Counted from the stretch's first letter, positions 1 to 10,031 are shown. The stretch is DNA of 64,000 nt from a candidate division WWE3 bacterium UBA1401 (GCA_002305115.1 DBQF01000003.1:65338-129337), one strand, 5' to 3'. Notes: generated from the letters alone by a model not told the origin. A program made the numbers and translations.

Positions 1-1274
1 AATACTTCGGTAAAAATCGCCAGCCCAACCAGGTACGCTAACGCCTCAATGCGAAGTAAAGAAACACCCACAGCCGCAAAAAATACTAGGGGTATAACTA
101 AAAATACTAAAAAAGTAGGCACAACAGTAAGCTGATTGAAAACGGGCAACCCTAAAATAAACTCTGAAACAGGGTTGTAGGTAACTAGCACACTTCCCAA
201 AATCAGAGACACTACAGCAAAAAGTGAAAAACCAGACCAGTACTTCCTGCTAAGAAATAACCCCACTGCCCCTATACAACATATGACTATACCAATAAGC
301 CCTGGAGTAAAGATACCAAAACCAAAACTTTGCGCGCGTGGAATAAAGTAACTTAAAAATTCAGCTGGCATAATCTTCTCGGCACGCCAGCCGGACACAG
401 CACCGGAGAACCTGCTTGCTTCCAAAGTTAAGACATTAAATGCAGGAAGCAACTTTATTGCAAAAAGTGAGAAGCTTAAAAAAGCTAATAACACAAACCC
501 AGGTAGCCTTCTTAAAAATTTACGGAGAGTCATAACCAGATACACCCCAAGCAGCAGTAAAGAAACAACTGCTAAATTGCTATTCCCCTCAAATAAGAAG
601 GCTACAGGAATAGCAAGCAACACCAGGTCACGTAACTTGCCTGATTCCAAATATTTTTGCGCAAATAAAAATAGTAAAGGCAACCACTTGTATGCAAATA
701 AATACTCAACACCTACACCAGGTGAGAGCCGCATAGTAACAAAGCCATTAAAACTAAATACTATTGCACCTGCAAAGCTAGCGCCTCTGGAAAAATTTAA
801 GTTCCTAAGTAAAAGAAAGGCAAAAGCACTGCCCAGAAAGACCTGTAATAGTATAAAAATGTTAAAGGCATGATAAATAGAGGAGTCGTATAAAAAAAGC
901 CATGCGAACGGTGAGAAATAAGGGGCGAGGGGATTGGCAAAAGCGTCAAAACCCCCACCAAACCTAGAATTCCAAAAAGGAGGAAGTTGGTACTTGGTGA
1001 GTGCTTCATGGAAAAACTGCATCAAAGTAACCTGAATGTTATTGAAATCCGGTTGTGCCAATGTTTGACCCGCAAACAAAAGTTTGTTGAAAAATACCAC
1101 CGTCAATACAAATAACAACAGCATCTGCTTCCAGGAAGCTTTTAACTCAAACCACAAGTGCTTTACGATAAACAAGAAATAGAGAACCGGGGCAACCAAA
1201 AGGAAAACAGACAAGAACTTGTTAACACAAGATAAGACTGTAAACACCCGTACATAGTAACTCAAACTTTGCAA
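1..1274 (-). CDS. Polytopic membrane protein, YfhO-like / GT-C-like. It is partial (the 3' end runs off the window) and has a non-ATG start, so the ORF track misses it.
   Basis: The minus-strand frame is open from a TGA at 1296-1298 down to position 1. Candidate starts are TTG at 1274 or 1265 and GTG at 1247. The translation reads ...KHLWFELKASWKQMLLLFVLTVVFFNKLLFAGQTLAQPDFNNIQVTLMQFFHEALTKYQLPPFWNSRFGGGFDAFANPLAPYFSPFAWLF... and is followed by many hydrophobic helices. The first-loop pattern resembles the YfhO family. Confidence 0.55.
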   Translation of the reverse strand, partial: MQSLSYYVRVFTVLSCVNKFLSVFLLVAPVLYFLFIVKHLWFELKASWKQMLLLFVLTVVFFNKLLFAGQTLAQPDFNNIQVTLMQFFHEALTKYQLPPFWNSRFGGGFDAFANPLAPYFSPFAWLFLYDSSIYHAFNIFILLQVFLGSAFAFLLLRNLNFSRGASFAGAIVFSFNGFVTMRLSPGVGVEYLFAYKWLPLLFLFAQKYLESGKLRDLVLLAIPVAFLFEGNSNLAVVSLLLLGVYLVMTLRKFLRRLPGFVLLAFLSFSLFAIKLLPAFNVLTLEASRFSGAVSGWRAEKIMPAEFLSYFIPRAQSFGFGIFTPGLIGIVICCIGAVGLFLSRKYWSGFSLFAVVSLILGSVLVTYNPVSEFILGLPVFNQLTVVPTFLVFLVIPLVFFAAVGVSLLRIEALAYLVGLAIFTEV

Positions 1275-1284
1275 TAAGAAAACC

Positions 1285-1650
1285 CTACGGGCTAGTCATA
1301 AACCGCTCAAGAAACAAGTCTCTTTCTTGCTCAGCCAGCTCATCTAGCGCGTCGCGCTTTATAAATCTATAAGCCTTATAGACTGACTCGGGATCTTTTA
1401 AATCCACATCATCTCTGTAGATGAATGCTAGCTGTTCTTGTTCAAAACGAGCAAAAAATACTTCCCAAGTTACATCCCGCAGCATAGATTCTGATAAAAA
1501 CGAGTCATCAATCCTAACCGGAAAGTCTATACGTACGCTTGGGATATCTCCAGTAAAACTTGGATCATCAATTAATTGAGGAGTGCCGTTATTTTTTTCA
1601 GCCCACTCTTGTATGGCTGTATGATCTGTTGTCATTTTAATAGTGGACAT
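1285..1650 (-). CDS. Hypothetical cytosolic protein (121 aa)
   Basis: Complete ORF with no motif I recognise. Confidence 0.5.
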   Translation of the reverse strand: MSTIKMTTDHTAIQEWAEKNNGTPQLIDDPSFTGDIPSVRIDFPVRIDDSFLSESMLRDVTWEVFFARFEQEQLAFIYRDDVDLKDPESVYKAYRFIKRDALDELAEQERDLFLERFMTSP

Positions 1651-1727
1651 GGTCTTATTTTCTCAAGGGAGTGTGCGCATTACGTGTGATAACTGTAAGA
1701 AAGAAAAAAACAGTGTATACTTATGCT

Positions 1728-2597
1728 ATGAGCTGGTTTGCTTTTAGTATTATCTCAATTACTGCTCTGGCCGTTGCAGAATTAACACAGCAAAGGTTAC
1801 TTAATTCGGAAGAATCACCAATTGATGAGGGTACCACTACTGTAGTAACTTTCTTAATTCAGTCCTTGCTTACACTTCCAATTATCTTTTTATTAGGGCT
1901 AAACACTCAAATGGCAAGCATTTTTCAGCCCGGTGTGTTTCCATATGTACTTATTACAACTATTCTGGCAACTGCAGGAACCTACTTTTATTTTAAGAGT
2001 TTCAAAGTCAAAAATATTAGCATCTCAACAATCTTCATCTCATCGTCTATGGTGATTTCAACTGCTTTGGGTATTATTCTATTTAGCGAATCCGTATACT
2101 TTTTAAAGTTTTTAGGCTTGGCATGCATACTCCTGGCTATTATTAGCTTGAATATAAAAAATCTTAGTTTAGAGAAAAATCATTTCTACGGATTACTGGC
2201 AGGATTATTTTACGGCGGCACCTTTACTTTTGATAAGATGGTGGTTTTGGAAGATATCCATCCACTGGTCTATTTATTTTGGTCTTTTTTGCTGGTTTCT
2301 TTAACAATGTTAGCAACCAGACCTAGATTTATAGCAGACGCACTAAAAGGTGCAAAGTTTAGCTTTTACGTACCTGTGTTAGTTTCAGGCCTCGGTTATT
2401 TTGCTTACAATTTCTGTACATTCTCAGCATATGCCGCAGGGGGAGAAGTGGGTAGGGTTGACGCCATCAATAATTCGCAAGTGTTTCTAATTATATTGGC
2501 TGAATACTTTATTTTGAAACAAAAAGACGGAGTTATAAGAAAGATAGCCACAGCACTGATTGCTTTTTCCGGAGTCATGATTCTAGGCTTTCTATAA
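1728..2597 (+). CDS. EamA/DMT-family transporter
   Basis: About 10 hydrophobic helices arranged as two EamA-like halves. I prefer the internal ATG at 1728 (MSWFAFSIISITALAV...) over the GTG at 1671. Confidence 0.7.
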   Translation: MSWFAFSIISITALAVAELTQQRLLNSEESPIDEGTTTVVTFLIQSLLTLPIIFLLGLNTQMASIFQPGVFPYVLITTILATAGTYFYFKSFKVKNISISTIFISSSMVISTALGIILFSESVYFLKFLGLACILLAIISLNIKNLSLEKNHFYGLLAGLFYGGTFTFDKMVVLEDIHPLVYLFWSFLLVSLTMLATRPRFIADALKGAKFSFYVPVLVSGLGYFAYNFCTFSAYAAGGEVGRVDAINNSQVFLIILAEYFILKQKDGVIRKIATALIAFSGVMILGFL

Positions 2598-2601
2598 CAT
2601 A

Positions 2602-2632
2602 AAAACCACGAGCTAAATAAGCCCGTGGTTTT
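2602..2632. terminator. Bidirectional hairpin terminator between convergent genes
   Basis: The arms aaaaccacg and cgtggtttt pair, and T-runs follow on both strands. Confidence 0.55.
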
Positions 2633-2656
2633 GATGGTAAAACTGTGGTAACACTT

Positions 2657-3280
2657 TTACAGGGTCTGATTCTGTTGTAAAGAACTAGGTTGAGTTCCAT
2701 CCTGTTGATTACTTCCCTGCAATTTTTCTACTCTGGTAGCAATTACTGCCGGGTTGTTTTCAAGCCCTTGGAACGTAGCATCATCAAGATCTGTACCAAT
2801 TTGATTTTCTATATCTGTTAAGTTAAACCTCCTTACAGTTCCGGTAACTCTAACTCTATCTCCCTGCTGAAAAATGTAGTCATCCTGTACCTGATCCATT
2901 TCGTTGATTTGGGGAATAGGGTTTTGCGTAACTACAATCAGGCTTTCTCCAAATAGACCAGGCTCATCTATAGTCATCGCATTGGCACTTAGTACTTCGC
3001 TTACTTCGCCCGTAACAGTAACTTGCTGACCAATGTAATTATCCGTGTTATTAACAATCTCGTCTAGCGTGGGAGGCTGCGCAGGGGTCTGGTCACCCTG
3101 AGGTTCACCGGTTATACCACCCCTGCCTTCCTCCAGTATCTCATTTGCACCCCCAAGAGGTGAAAACTGGCCACCCGTTAGCGCAGGAATAAGTACAAAT
3201 ATTGCTAGCAAAGCGATAGCACCGATTACTATCCACCCTGTGGCTGTGATACCGCTTTGTCGCAGTGTAATTTTGTTCAT
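2657..3280 (-). CDS. N-terminally membrane-anchored exported protein, unknown function
   Basis: It has one N-terminal TM (WIVIGAIALLAIFVLIPAL) and a strong SD (aaaggagac) upstream. Confidence 0.6.
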   Translation of the reverse strand: MNKITLRQSGITATGWIVIGAIALLAIFVLIPALTGGQFSPLGGANEILEEGRGGITGEPQGDQTPAQPPTLDEIVNNTDNYIGQQVTVTGEVSEVLSANAMTIDEPGLFGESLIVVTQNPIPQINEMDQVQDDYIFQQGDRVRVTGTVRRFNLTDIENQIGTDLDDATFQGLENNPAVIATRVEKLQGSNQQDGTQPSSLQQNQTL

Positions 3281-3443
3281 AGTAAGTCTCCTTTAATTTT
3301 TTAATTGAGGCTAATTTAAGATTAAGTCCATTAAAGTAGGGTTAGTTTGTTGTAAATATGCTGTAAGAAAGCATTCTTACAAAGTTCTAACAGGGGATTA
3401 ACCACATTTATAAACCCTCCCCGTAGGCTCTCCTTATCAAGCT

Positions 3444-4910
3444 ATGCGTCATATCATACGTACAAACTTAGTTCCCCTAATACTAGTAGCACTTGGCGTT
3501 AGCGTAGCAAGCATAAACCTGTACAACTTTCCATACTTCGAGGGAGATGAAGGCATATATACTTCCAGAGCCTGGACCTTTTTAAAAAACGGAACCCTTT
3601 CAACAGATACTTATTGGTATGACCATCCACCCGCAGGCTGGTTACTCTTAAGCATGTGGCTCTTTATTTCCAGAAGTGAAACCGCCTTCAGCTCACTATT
3701 AACTTCGGGCAGAACTTTTATCTTTGCAATCTTTGGACTAAACACGCTAATGACATATCTTATAGGCCTAAAACTAACCAACAGCAGGCTCTTTGCACTA
3801 ATATCACCCTTATTGGTTGTCTTTTCTTCCATACAACTATATTTTGGTAGAAGAATTCTGCTTGATAATCTTATGCTTTTTTGGGTGCTGCTTACCTTCA
3901 CCAGCTTGTTATATATACAGAGACCCGCGTTAAGAACAGGCCTAAGCGCAATGTTTTTTGCTGTAGCTGTACTCACAAAAGAAAACGCTATCTTGTTCGC
4001 TATTCCTTTTATTTGGCTGCAACTAACCACAGGCCAACAGAAAAAGACTACCCTAAGGTGGCTGGGTATTGCACTACTTATAGTCAGTTTGTATCCACTT
4101 TATGCCATAAGTCGGGGAGAATTTTTGCCAAATAATTATTTTGAGAATGGAGGTAAACCAAGTTTGTTATCAACATTAATGTATCAGGCAAGTAGGGGGA
4201 AAACATCAATTTTTGATACACAAAACAGTTCTTTTTTAAAAAATTTTTCCCGGTGGGCTATCGAAGACCCAATACTAATAATTGGCGGACTAACTGCCAC
4301 CATTTTGAACCTAATTCTAGTAAAGCCAAAGAAGCTTGGTAGTGTATTGGCGTTGTTCGTAATAGTACAGTTTGCGTTTTTAATGCGGGGAGGCATAGTT
4401 TTTGAGTTCTACATATTACCACTATTACCGTTTTTAGCAATAAATATCGCTTTCTTTCTACATACAGCAAGTTCACGACTGCGGTTGCCCGCTTTCACAA
4501 TTGCAGTAATTCTGGTAGCAGTTACAATTGTGACTTCACTTACAGTTAAGGGTTTTAATCCTTTTACAGAAAAACAGGCATCGGCACAACTGGCAGCAAT
4601 AGAATGGATTATGCAAAACACAGATAGTGGAGGAATAGTTATCACAGATAGTTATGCCAAGGCAGACTTGTACAAAAGAGATAATTTGGAAATAAGATCT
4701 CACTTTGATGCTCAGTATGACTGGGATTTCAAACAAGATGTGTTAACTAACAAGAAAGAAATAACCTACCTGCTTATTACGGAACAGGTGGAAAAGGATG
4801 TAAAAAACGCGAATCTTGATTTTGTGAAAAATATCTTGAGCAGCGCACATCTGGTAAAAGAGTTTAGCGATAAAGACTGGCAAGTGAAAATCTACAAACC
4901 AGACAAATAG
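3444..4910 (+). CDS. GT-C fold glycosyltransferase (PMT_2/ArnT-like, GT39/83-type)
   Basis: The 488-aa protein is polytopic. It carries FPYFEGDEGIYTSRAW just after TM1 and YWYDHPPAGW, both as in the ArnT/PMT family. Confidence 0.75.
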   Translation: MRHIIRTNLVPLILVALGVSVASINLYNFPYFEGDEGIYTSRAWTFLKNGTLSTDTYWYDHPPAGWLLLSMWLFISRSETAFSSLLTSGRTFIFAIFGLNTLMTYLIGLKLTNSRLFALISPLLVVFSSIQLYFGRRILLDNLMLFWVLLTFTSLLYIQRPALRTGLSAMFFAVAVLTKENAILFAIPFIWLQLTTGQQKKTTLRWLGIALLIVSLYPLYAISRGEFLPNNYFENGGKPSLLSTLMYQASRGKTSIFDTQNSSFLKNFSRWAIEDPILIIGGLTATILNLILVKPKKLGSVLALFVIVQFAFLMRGGIVFEFYILPLLPFLAINIAFFLHTASSRLRLPAFTIAVILVAVTIVTSLTVKGFNPFTEKQASAQLAAIEWIMQNTDSGGIVITDSYAKADLYKRDNLEIRSHFDAQYDWDFKQDVLTNKKEITYLLITEQVEKDVKNANLDFVKNILSSAHLVKEFSDKDWQVKIYKPDK

Positions 4911-4913
4911 CTG

Positions 4914-5738
4914 TTATTTAAGATTAATGTTGCCTTCTTCTCTTATTGGATTGTTTGATGAGTACTTAACAACCTGACCTACCATATCTTTTTGCTTGGC
5001 TCTGTTTATAACATCGTTACTAATCAGGTCACCACGTTTGGCAATAATCTCATCGGAAGAAGTAATAATGTTTTTAATTAAGTACTTTCCCACAACTTCT
5101 TTAACATCACTGTCACTGTATCCTTGTTTAACTTTCTGTTCTGCTTCTTTGCCGGTTTCAGAAGCCTTTTCCTTTACGTCTTGAGCAGCTTCCTCAACTT
5201 TGCCCTTTACATCTTCATAAGTGGAGCTAACTGAGCTTCCACCAGACTGCTTTGCCGCTTGATCACTAACAATAGTCCTGTCCTTCCCAATTGTCTTAAC
5301 ATTTTCCATACTTATATGCTTTCTTCCTGCAACAATATCTTTGAGACCTTTTGAAACTATGAAATGCTCAACGTGGCCTGTTTCTGTGTCAAATGCAAAG
5401 TCACGTATTAACCCAAGTTCTTTACCACTCTCAGTAATAACACGTGATTGAGAAATATAGGCAGTATCTACCTGATCCTCTATTACTTTTTTCTGCTCTT
5501 CAGATAATTGGTCTTCCTGCCTCAGTCTATCTTTCGAGCTAAGCATCACTACATCTTCACCCATAGAACCCAAATCTGATACTGTTACATAACGCTTACC
5601 CTGTTTAGTCGCCACTCCAATTACACTAACTTTTTTTTCTCTGGGGTCCACAATGAAATCCTCAAGATGTCCCACCTTTGAGCCATCTGATTTATCAATT
5701 ACTTCTTTGTCTAGAATATTCAATGCTTGTACGATCAT
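4914..5738 (-). CDS. PRC-barrel domain protein (two PRC-barrel-like repeats)
   Basis: The stretches VIDKSDGSKVGHLEDFIVDPREKKV and VITESGKELGLIRDFAFDTETGHVEHFIV are PRC-barrel-like. An AGGAGG SD lies upstream. Confidence 0.65.
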   Translation of the reverse strand: MIVQALNILDKEVIDKSDGSKVGHLEDFIVDPREKKVSVIGVATKQGKRYVTVSDLGSMGEDVVMLSSKDRLRQEDQLSEEQKKVIEDQVDTAYISQSRVITESGKELGLIRDFAFDTETGHVEHFIVSKGLKDIVAGRKHISMENVKTIGKDRTIVSDQAAKQSGGSSVSSTYEDVKGKVEEAAQDVKEKASETGKEAEQKVKQGYSDSDVKEVVGKYLIKNIITSSDEIIAKRGDLISNDVINRAKQKDMVGQVVKYSSNNPIREEGNINLK

Positions 5739-5740
5739 GG

Positions 5741-6046
5741 TTAATCCTCCTTTTTATTAACTCTTGATTTAATAAATTTGCTTCTGCTAAATAAAATCCT
5801 GTAAAAAATTGCAAACAATGCAGCTAATAAAACAGCAGCTACAATACCGATAGGGGAAGTGTATGTCTGCAGAATGGGTATGTTCGTAACAAGTTCTAGT
5901 ATGAAAATTGTCAAAGACCCTATCAAACCCCCAAACCCGCCAATAAGAACTGTGGCCTTACCATTGCCTTTGGCAATACCTGGATCAGCTTCATATACAA
6001 CCCAACCAATGATAAGCCCAAGTACCGCACCAATAACTATAAGCAT
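5741..6046 (-). CDS. Small membrane protein, GlsB/YeaQ/YmgE-like
   Basis: The 101-aa protein has 3 glycine-rich TM segments (GGFGGLIGS). Confidence 0.45.
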   Translation of the reverse strand: MLIVIGAVLGLIIGWVVYEADPGIAKGNGKATVLIGGFGGLIGSLTIFILELVTNIPILQTYTSPIGIVAAVLLAALFAIFYRILFSRSKFIKSRVNKKED

Positions 6047-6111
6047 TGTTTAGTTTTATCAAGGGGCTATTAATTTTAATTAAGGGGTATGTGTGGAATA
6101 AGTAAGAAAAC

Positions 6112-6136
6112 CCCACCCTCGCTAATCGAGGGCGGG
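6112..6136 (-). terminator. Rho-independent terminator after the RRM gene
   Basis: On the minus strand the hairpin is cccgccctcg-atta-gcgagggtggg, followed by gttttctt. Confidence 0.6.
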
Positions 6137-6151
6137 TCTTCTTAATAGATC

Positions 6152-6436
6152 TTAGTATCTATTTTGGCCGAATTCTCGAGGTCGAGATTCTTTCATAGGT
6201 CTGGCTACTGATACAACAATAGCTCTGCCTTCAAATTCTTTACCGTTCATTTCTGCAATAGCAGTAGTGGCTGCAGAATCGTCTTCAAATTCAACGAAAC
6301 CAAAGCCTTTACTTCTACCACTATTTCTATCCATGATAACGGTTGCGGAAGCAATATCTCCATAAGAGGCAAACATGTCTCTTAAAGAGTCATCTGTAAC
6401 TGAATAGGGTAAGTTACCAACATATAACTTAGTCAT
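6152..6436 (-). CDS. RNA-binding protein, RRM/RNP-1 type
   Basis: It carries RNP-2 (LYVGNL) and RNP-1 (KGFGFVEF) motifs. Confidence 0.92.
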   Translation of the reverse strand: MTKLYVGNLPYSVTDDSLRDMFASYGDIASATVIMDRNSGRSKGFGFVEFEDDSAATTAIAEMNGKEFEGRAIVVSVARPMKESRPREFGQNRY

Positions 6437-6698
6437 TTAATTTTTAACACCACCTTCCTTGTTTCTCATAAGAGAACGAACATTTACACACTCTAAGACA
6501 AACAAGGAAATACGCATGAGGTAACTCACCGACACTCCTCTATCCATAGAGCTAGTAGTAATCTAACACAGGTTGGTATTTCTGTCCAGCCTATAACAAA
6601 TAACGACATTTAACATGAAAGGTCTTAGGGCAGAAATTGATCGAAAATCCCTGCCCTAGTCATCAAACAGGGAGGAACTGCAGAAAGCATTAGAAAAT

Positions 6699-7817
6699 CT
6701 AGTCAATGGGGTGCCAGATGTGGAAACCATCTTTCCACTGCCGTAAATACCAACATACAAACACCCAGTATCCAAAATTCAAAACATAAAACAAAAACCT
6801 ATACTTTCCTGTAAACAGCCGGTAAGTCCCAACTAAAAATATGGGCATACCCCAAATAGGATAAGTTCTGTTTAAGACCGGGGTAAACAAGTAAAAAGTC
6901 AAAAAAGGAAACACGGCAAGCGCAAACTTATCCTTGATCCATCCTAACTTTTCCAAAACAATAGCAACAAGCCAGCCGGATACAATCGATGCAATTGAAT
7001 AAAATTCAAAAGAAATAATCCTAAACAATTCCACATGATAAAAATAACTAATGTAATAAAGATAAGGTCTGCCTTGCACAAATCTATTACCGTGAACAAA
7101 CACCGAGCCCTTTAAAAAAGTTTCCAAATCAGTATAAAAAGGCACACTCACCAACAAAAAAATATAAGCGGCAGCCAAAATAAACCTGATTCTATCTTTT
7201 GTTCTCAGCAAAAAAATAAACCCCAAAATTACAGGAAAAGTCTTAAAAATCACAGACAAAGCATATAAAACACCACTCGTCACTTCATCTTTAGCTAGGT
7301 AAAAAAGCGACCACACCATTAGGGCGATAGTTACAGCGTCATATCCAAGCAAAGACTCCTTTATATAAAAATAGGGGTTAAATAGCCATAAAACAGTACT
7401 AAATAAAAGCGCCCAATGATCTTTCTTATAAAAAATAACAACAAAAAAACCCACCACTGAAAGAGTAGCCAGAATTCCAGGAAACTTCATGAGGAAAGGT
7501 AGGGCTAAATTTATACCTAACGAATAGCTAAAAAATAAACTTGCTATCTTTAAAACCGAGTTCATATACATAATACCTGGCAAATAAGCATAACCTTTAT
7601 TGCCAGGGTCAGCGTCTAGCGTAGCATAAGAGGCAACAGTCCAGGCGTAAGGGTTTTTACCAAGCAATAACTCATCAACGGCTCGTATATGCGTAGAGTA
7701 GTCTCCACCGGCGCCACCATCTAAAGCAATAACCAAACGTTTATATGTACCAACTACCACTACAACAATGGTTAAAAACAGCAATAATTTATCTAGCAGT
7801 CTGGAATAACGACCCAT
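6699..7817 (-). CDS. Polytopic glycosyltransferase, GT87 (ex-DUF2029)-like. It is a paralogue of 20484..21590.
   Basis: The 372-aa protein is polytopic. It shares KGYAY[LM]P..[ML]Y and LFTPVLNRTY with 20484..21590. Confidence 0.6.
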   Translation of the reverse strand: MGRYSRLLDKLLLFLTIVVVVVGTYKRLVIALDGGAGGDYSTHIRAVDELLLGKNPYAWTVASYATLDADPGNKGYAYLPGIMYMNSVLKIASLFFSYSLGINLALPFLMKFPGILATLSVVGFFVVIFYKKDHWALLFSTVLWLFNPYFYIKESLLGYDAVTIALMVWSLFYLAKDEVTSGVLYALSVIFKTFPVILGFIFLLRTKDRIRFILAAAYIFLLVSVPFYTDLETFLKGSVFVHGNRFVQGRPYLYYISYFYHVELFRIISFEFYSIASIVSGWLVAIVLEKLGWIKDKFALAVFPFLTFYLFTPVLNRTYPIWGMPIFLVGTYRLFTGKYRFLFYVLNFGYWVFVCWYLRQWKDGFHIWHPID

Positions 7818-7848
7818 AGGTGCATTGTAAATCGCTAAGGAATTTATA

Positions 7849-8655
7849 TCAATCAGCAGTATCTTTTAAAACAGCGGGCAGCCGGTACCTGCCTTTAGTA
7901 TAAATACCAAGAATCTTATAGGCATCCTCCGGCACATCTGATGACACATTAAGCCCAAGTTTTTGCGCCTGACCGAATGTAACAGGAAAGTCGTGTGTTA
8001 GTTCAGACATCAAAAACACATCAATAATACTTGAAACAGTCTCATCAGAATAACCAGATGTCTTTAGCAACTCCCTAGTAAACTCTTCTACTTGCCTTAG
8101 TGCTTTTTGGGAAATGTCTGCCAATACAACCGTTTTATCATCTACCGATACCATTGTTTTTTCCTGCATAACCCTAGTAATAGAAACAGCCGGGATGCCA
8201 AATATCTGAGGATCAACCCTACCTAACACTGCATTCTTATCCATAAGAATTTCGTCACAAGCAAATGCCAACGAAGTACCTGCGGACATAGCGTAATGTG
8301 GAATAATGGCAGTAACTTTTGCCGGGTGACCGGCTAACGCAGCAGCTATTTGCCTGGAAGCTAAAACTAATCCACCAGAGGTATGCAATATCAAATCAAT
8401 TGGTTTGTTTTTTGGCGTCTCTCTTATAATGCGGACAATTTCCTCGGCGTTATCAATGTTAATATAGTCACTTGAAATCAGGCCAAACAAACCAGCGGCA
8501 CCTTTGGTGTGAATAAGAGTAATCACTCTACTATTTCTTTTCTGGGATAATTTTTTAATTAGTCCTGTGATACTTTGTTTTACGAAAAAATCTCTAGCTA
8601 GCGGATAAAGAATAAACAAAAAAAATAAAATTGTAATTAAATCAATAGTACCCAT
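7849..8655 (-). CDS. ClpP-fold serine protease, SDH (serine dehydrogenase proteinase)/SppA-like
   Basis: It has an N-terminal TM, then LILHTSGGLVLASRQIA...HYAMSAGTSLAFACDEI. Confidence 0.7.
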   Translation of the reverse strand: MGTIDLITILFFLFILYPLARDFFVKQSITGLIKKLSQKRNSRVITLIHTKGAAGLFGLISSDYINIDNAEEIVRIIRETPKNKPIDLILHTSGGLVLASRQIAAALAGHPAKVTAIIPHYAMSAGTSLAFACDEILMDKNAVLGRVDPQIFGIPAVSITRVMQEKTMVSVDDKTVVLADISQKALRQVEEFTRELLKTSGYSDETVSSIIDVFLMSELTHDFPVTFGQAQKLGLNVSSDVPEDAYKILGIYTKGRYRLPAVLKDTAD

Positions 8656-9107
8656 TAGTATAATAAGTTCTTACTTGAAAAACTCCCTATAAGCACTGCC
8701 TCATCAACTTTCTTAGCATCCAGTTCTTCTTTTACTCGCTCTATAGAAGTCTGTGAATTAAGCCCAAGCTTCTCGGAAAGCGCATAAACTTTAAAGAAAT
8801 ATCTATGAGTGCCCGATGGGGGACAAGGCCCTGTGTAACCTACGCTACCTGAACTATTTTTACCCTCTACAGCACCCTTGAACTTGGCAGACTCGGGAAT
8901 TCTTGTTTGAGAAACCTCGATGTTCCAAATCAGCCAATGAGTAAAAATGCCCGCCGGGGCATCAGGGTCATCAAGCACTATCGCAAGGGCTTCTGTGTCA
9001 TCGGGTATGTCTTTGATAACAAGAGGCGGGTTTATGTTCTGGCCTTTGCAGGTATACTTTTTTGGAATTGTAGAGCTGTTGCTGAAAACAGGGCTTTCAA
9101 CAATCAT
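8655..9107 (-). CDS. YbhB/YbcL-family PEBP (Raf kinase inhibitor-like) protein
   Basis: Motifs DDPDAP..FTHW and GPCPPSGTHRYFFKVYAL are present. Confidence 0.88.
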   Translation of the reverse strand: MIVESPVFSNSSTIPKKYTCKGQNINPPLVIKDIPDDTEALAIVLDDPDAPAGIFTHWLIWNIEVSQTRIPESAKFKGAVEGKNSSGSVGYTGPCPPSGTHRYFFKVYALSEKLGLNSQTSIERVKEELDAKKVDEAVLIGSFSSKNLLY

Positions 9108-9162
9108 GGCTATAACTTAGCAGTGTTATGTGAGTTTTTTGTTAGGAGGGTGTAAGAAAGAA

Positions 9163-9187
9163 CCACTGGCGGTAGGACTACCAGTGG
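9163..9187 (-). terminator. Hairpin terminator after the zinc-ribbon ORF
   Basis: The arms ccactgg and ccagtgg pair, followed on the minus strand by ttctttctt. Confidence 0.45.
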
Positions 9188-9212
9188 ATAATAACTAACA
9201 GCTACTGCCCTC

Positions 9213-9416
9213 TTACTTCTTCTGCTTACTAGGCCTAGGTAAGTCTGTCTTTGAGCAGCCACAATGCACAGAGATAGTACCATCCGGGTTCCTTTCTACA
9301 ATGAATCTCTGTTTGCAAGTTGGACAATACCCTTCTGAACCCGATTCGCCATACTGTACCTCACCATCTCCAGGGAGCAAACCAAACAGACGCTGCATCC
9401 ACTTTGATTTCGACAT
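9213..9416 (-). CDS. Small zinc-ribbon-like protein
   Basis: Cysteines are arranged CPTC...18 aa...CGC. An internal ATG is preceded by aaaggag, so I start at MSKSKW (67 aa) rather than at 9491. Confidence 0.5.
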   Translation of the reverse strand: MSKSKWMQRLFGLLPGDGEVQYGESGSEGYCPTCKQRFIVERNPDGTISVHCGCSKTDLPRPSKQKK

Positions 9417-9525
9417 TGGAGACTCCTTTGTCATGTATGAGGAGCGAATAAGATAACCGGAATTATAGCAAAAAAATGAAAAAACCTGCAAGGGGTTTAG
9501 CCCCAGATGCCGCCAAAAAAACCGC

Positions 9526-9553
9526 TTGACATAAACCCTAAAAAGTATATGAT
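9526..9553 (+). promoter_or_regulatory. Sigma-70-like promoter, TTGACA-N16-TATGAT
   Basis: ttgaca lies at 9526-9531 and tatgat at 9548-9553. Confidence 0.5.
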
Positions 9554-9710
9554 TTTTCTAGAAAACAAAGTTTTTTCTTTACCAAATTTGCGGTAATGAA
9601 CCAAAAAATACTAAATACACTACAAAACTTTTTACAAGGTCTGTTACAGGCCCCTTTTTTATTGCCCATTTTTAGTAAATTCCATGGAACTTTGAGGAGG
9701 TGATTTTTCC

Positions 9711-9953
9711 ATGATGACAAAAGATCAAATCAAAGAAAAGTTACAAGAAAATCCAGAATGGACCCCGGCAATGGATGCAAGCGACGAAGAATGGGAACTT
9801 TACGATGAGGTTAGAGCCGAACTAGGCTTAACCAACAAGCCAAAAAAGGGTACCGACGAAAGTTTAGATGATGAAGATTTTGACAACGAAGAATGGGAAG
9901 ACGATGAAGATTGGGACGATGATGATTTAGAGCTAGATGAGGAAGAAATGTAG
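9711..9953 (+). CDS. Highly acidic small protein (D/E/W-rich tail)
   Basis: SD gaggaggtga lies upstream. The C-terminus reads DDEDFDNEEWEDDEDWDDDDLELDEEEM. Confidence 0.6.
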   Translation: MMTKDQIKEKLQENPEWTPAMDASDEEWELYDEVRAELGLTNKPKKGTDESLDDEDFDNEEWEDDEDWDDDDLELDEEEM

Positions 9954-9989
9954 TACTAAATTGCTCGCCTAAAAGAGGTGATCCTGCCC

Positions 9990-10031
9990 ATGGCAAAGAA
10001 AAAAACAGCAAAGAAAAAAGCAAAGAAGTAA
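9990..10031 (+). CDS. 13-aa polylysine micro-ORF, MAKKKTAKKKAKK
   Basis: SD agaggtga lies 8 nt upstream, and a terminator begins 26 nt after the stop. The ORF is below the track size cut-off. Confidence 0.4.
   Translation: MAKKKTAKKKAKK

Noticed and set aside
577-1009. Track ORFs 577..873 (+) and 797..1009 (-)
   Set aside because: Both lie inside the long minus-strand membrane-protein frame (1..1274). The second is simply a stretch of that same frame, beginning at an internal ATG.
3611-4736. Several short ORFs on both strands inside the 3444..4910 GT-C gene
   Set aside because: They are nested in a long, coherent polytopic membrane-protein frame.
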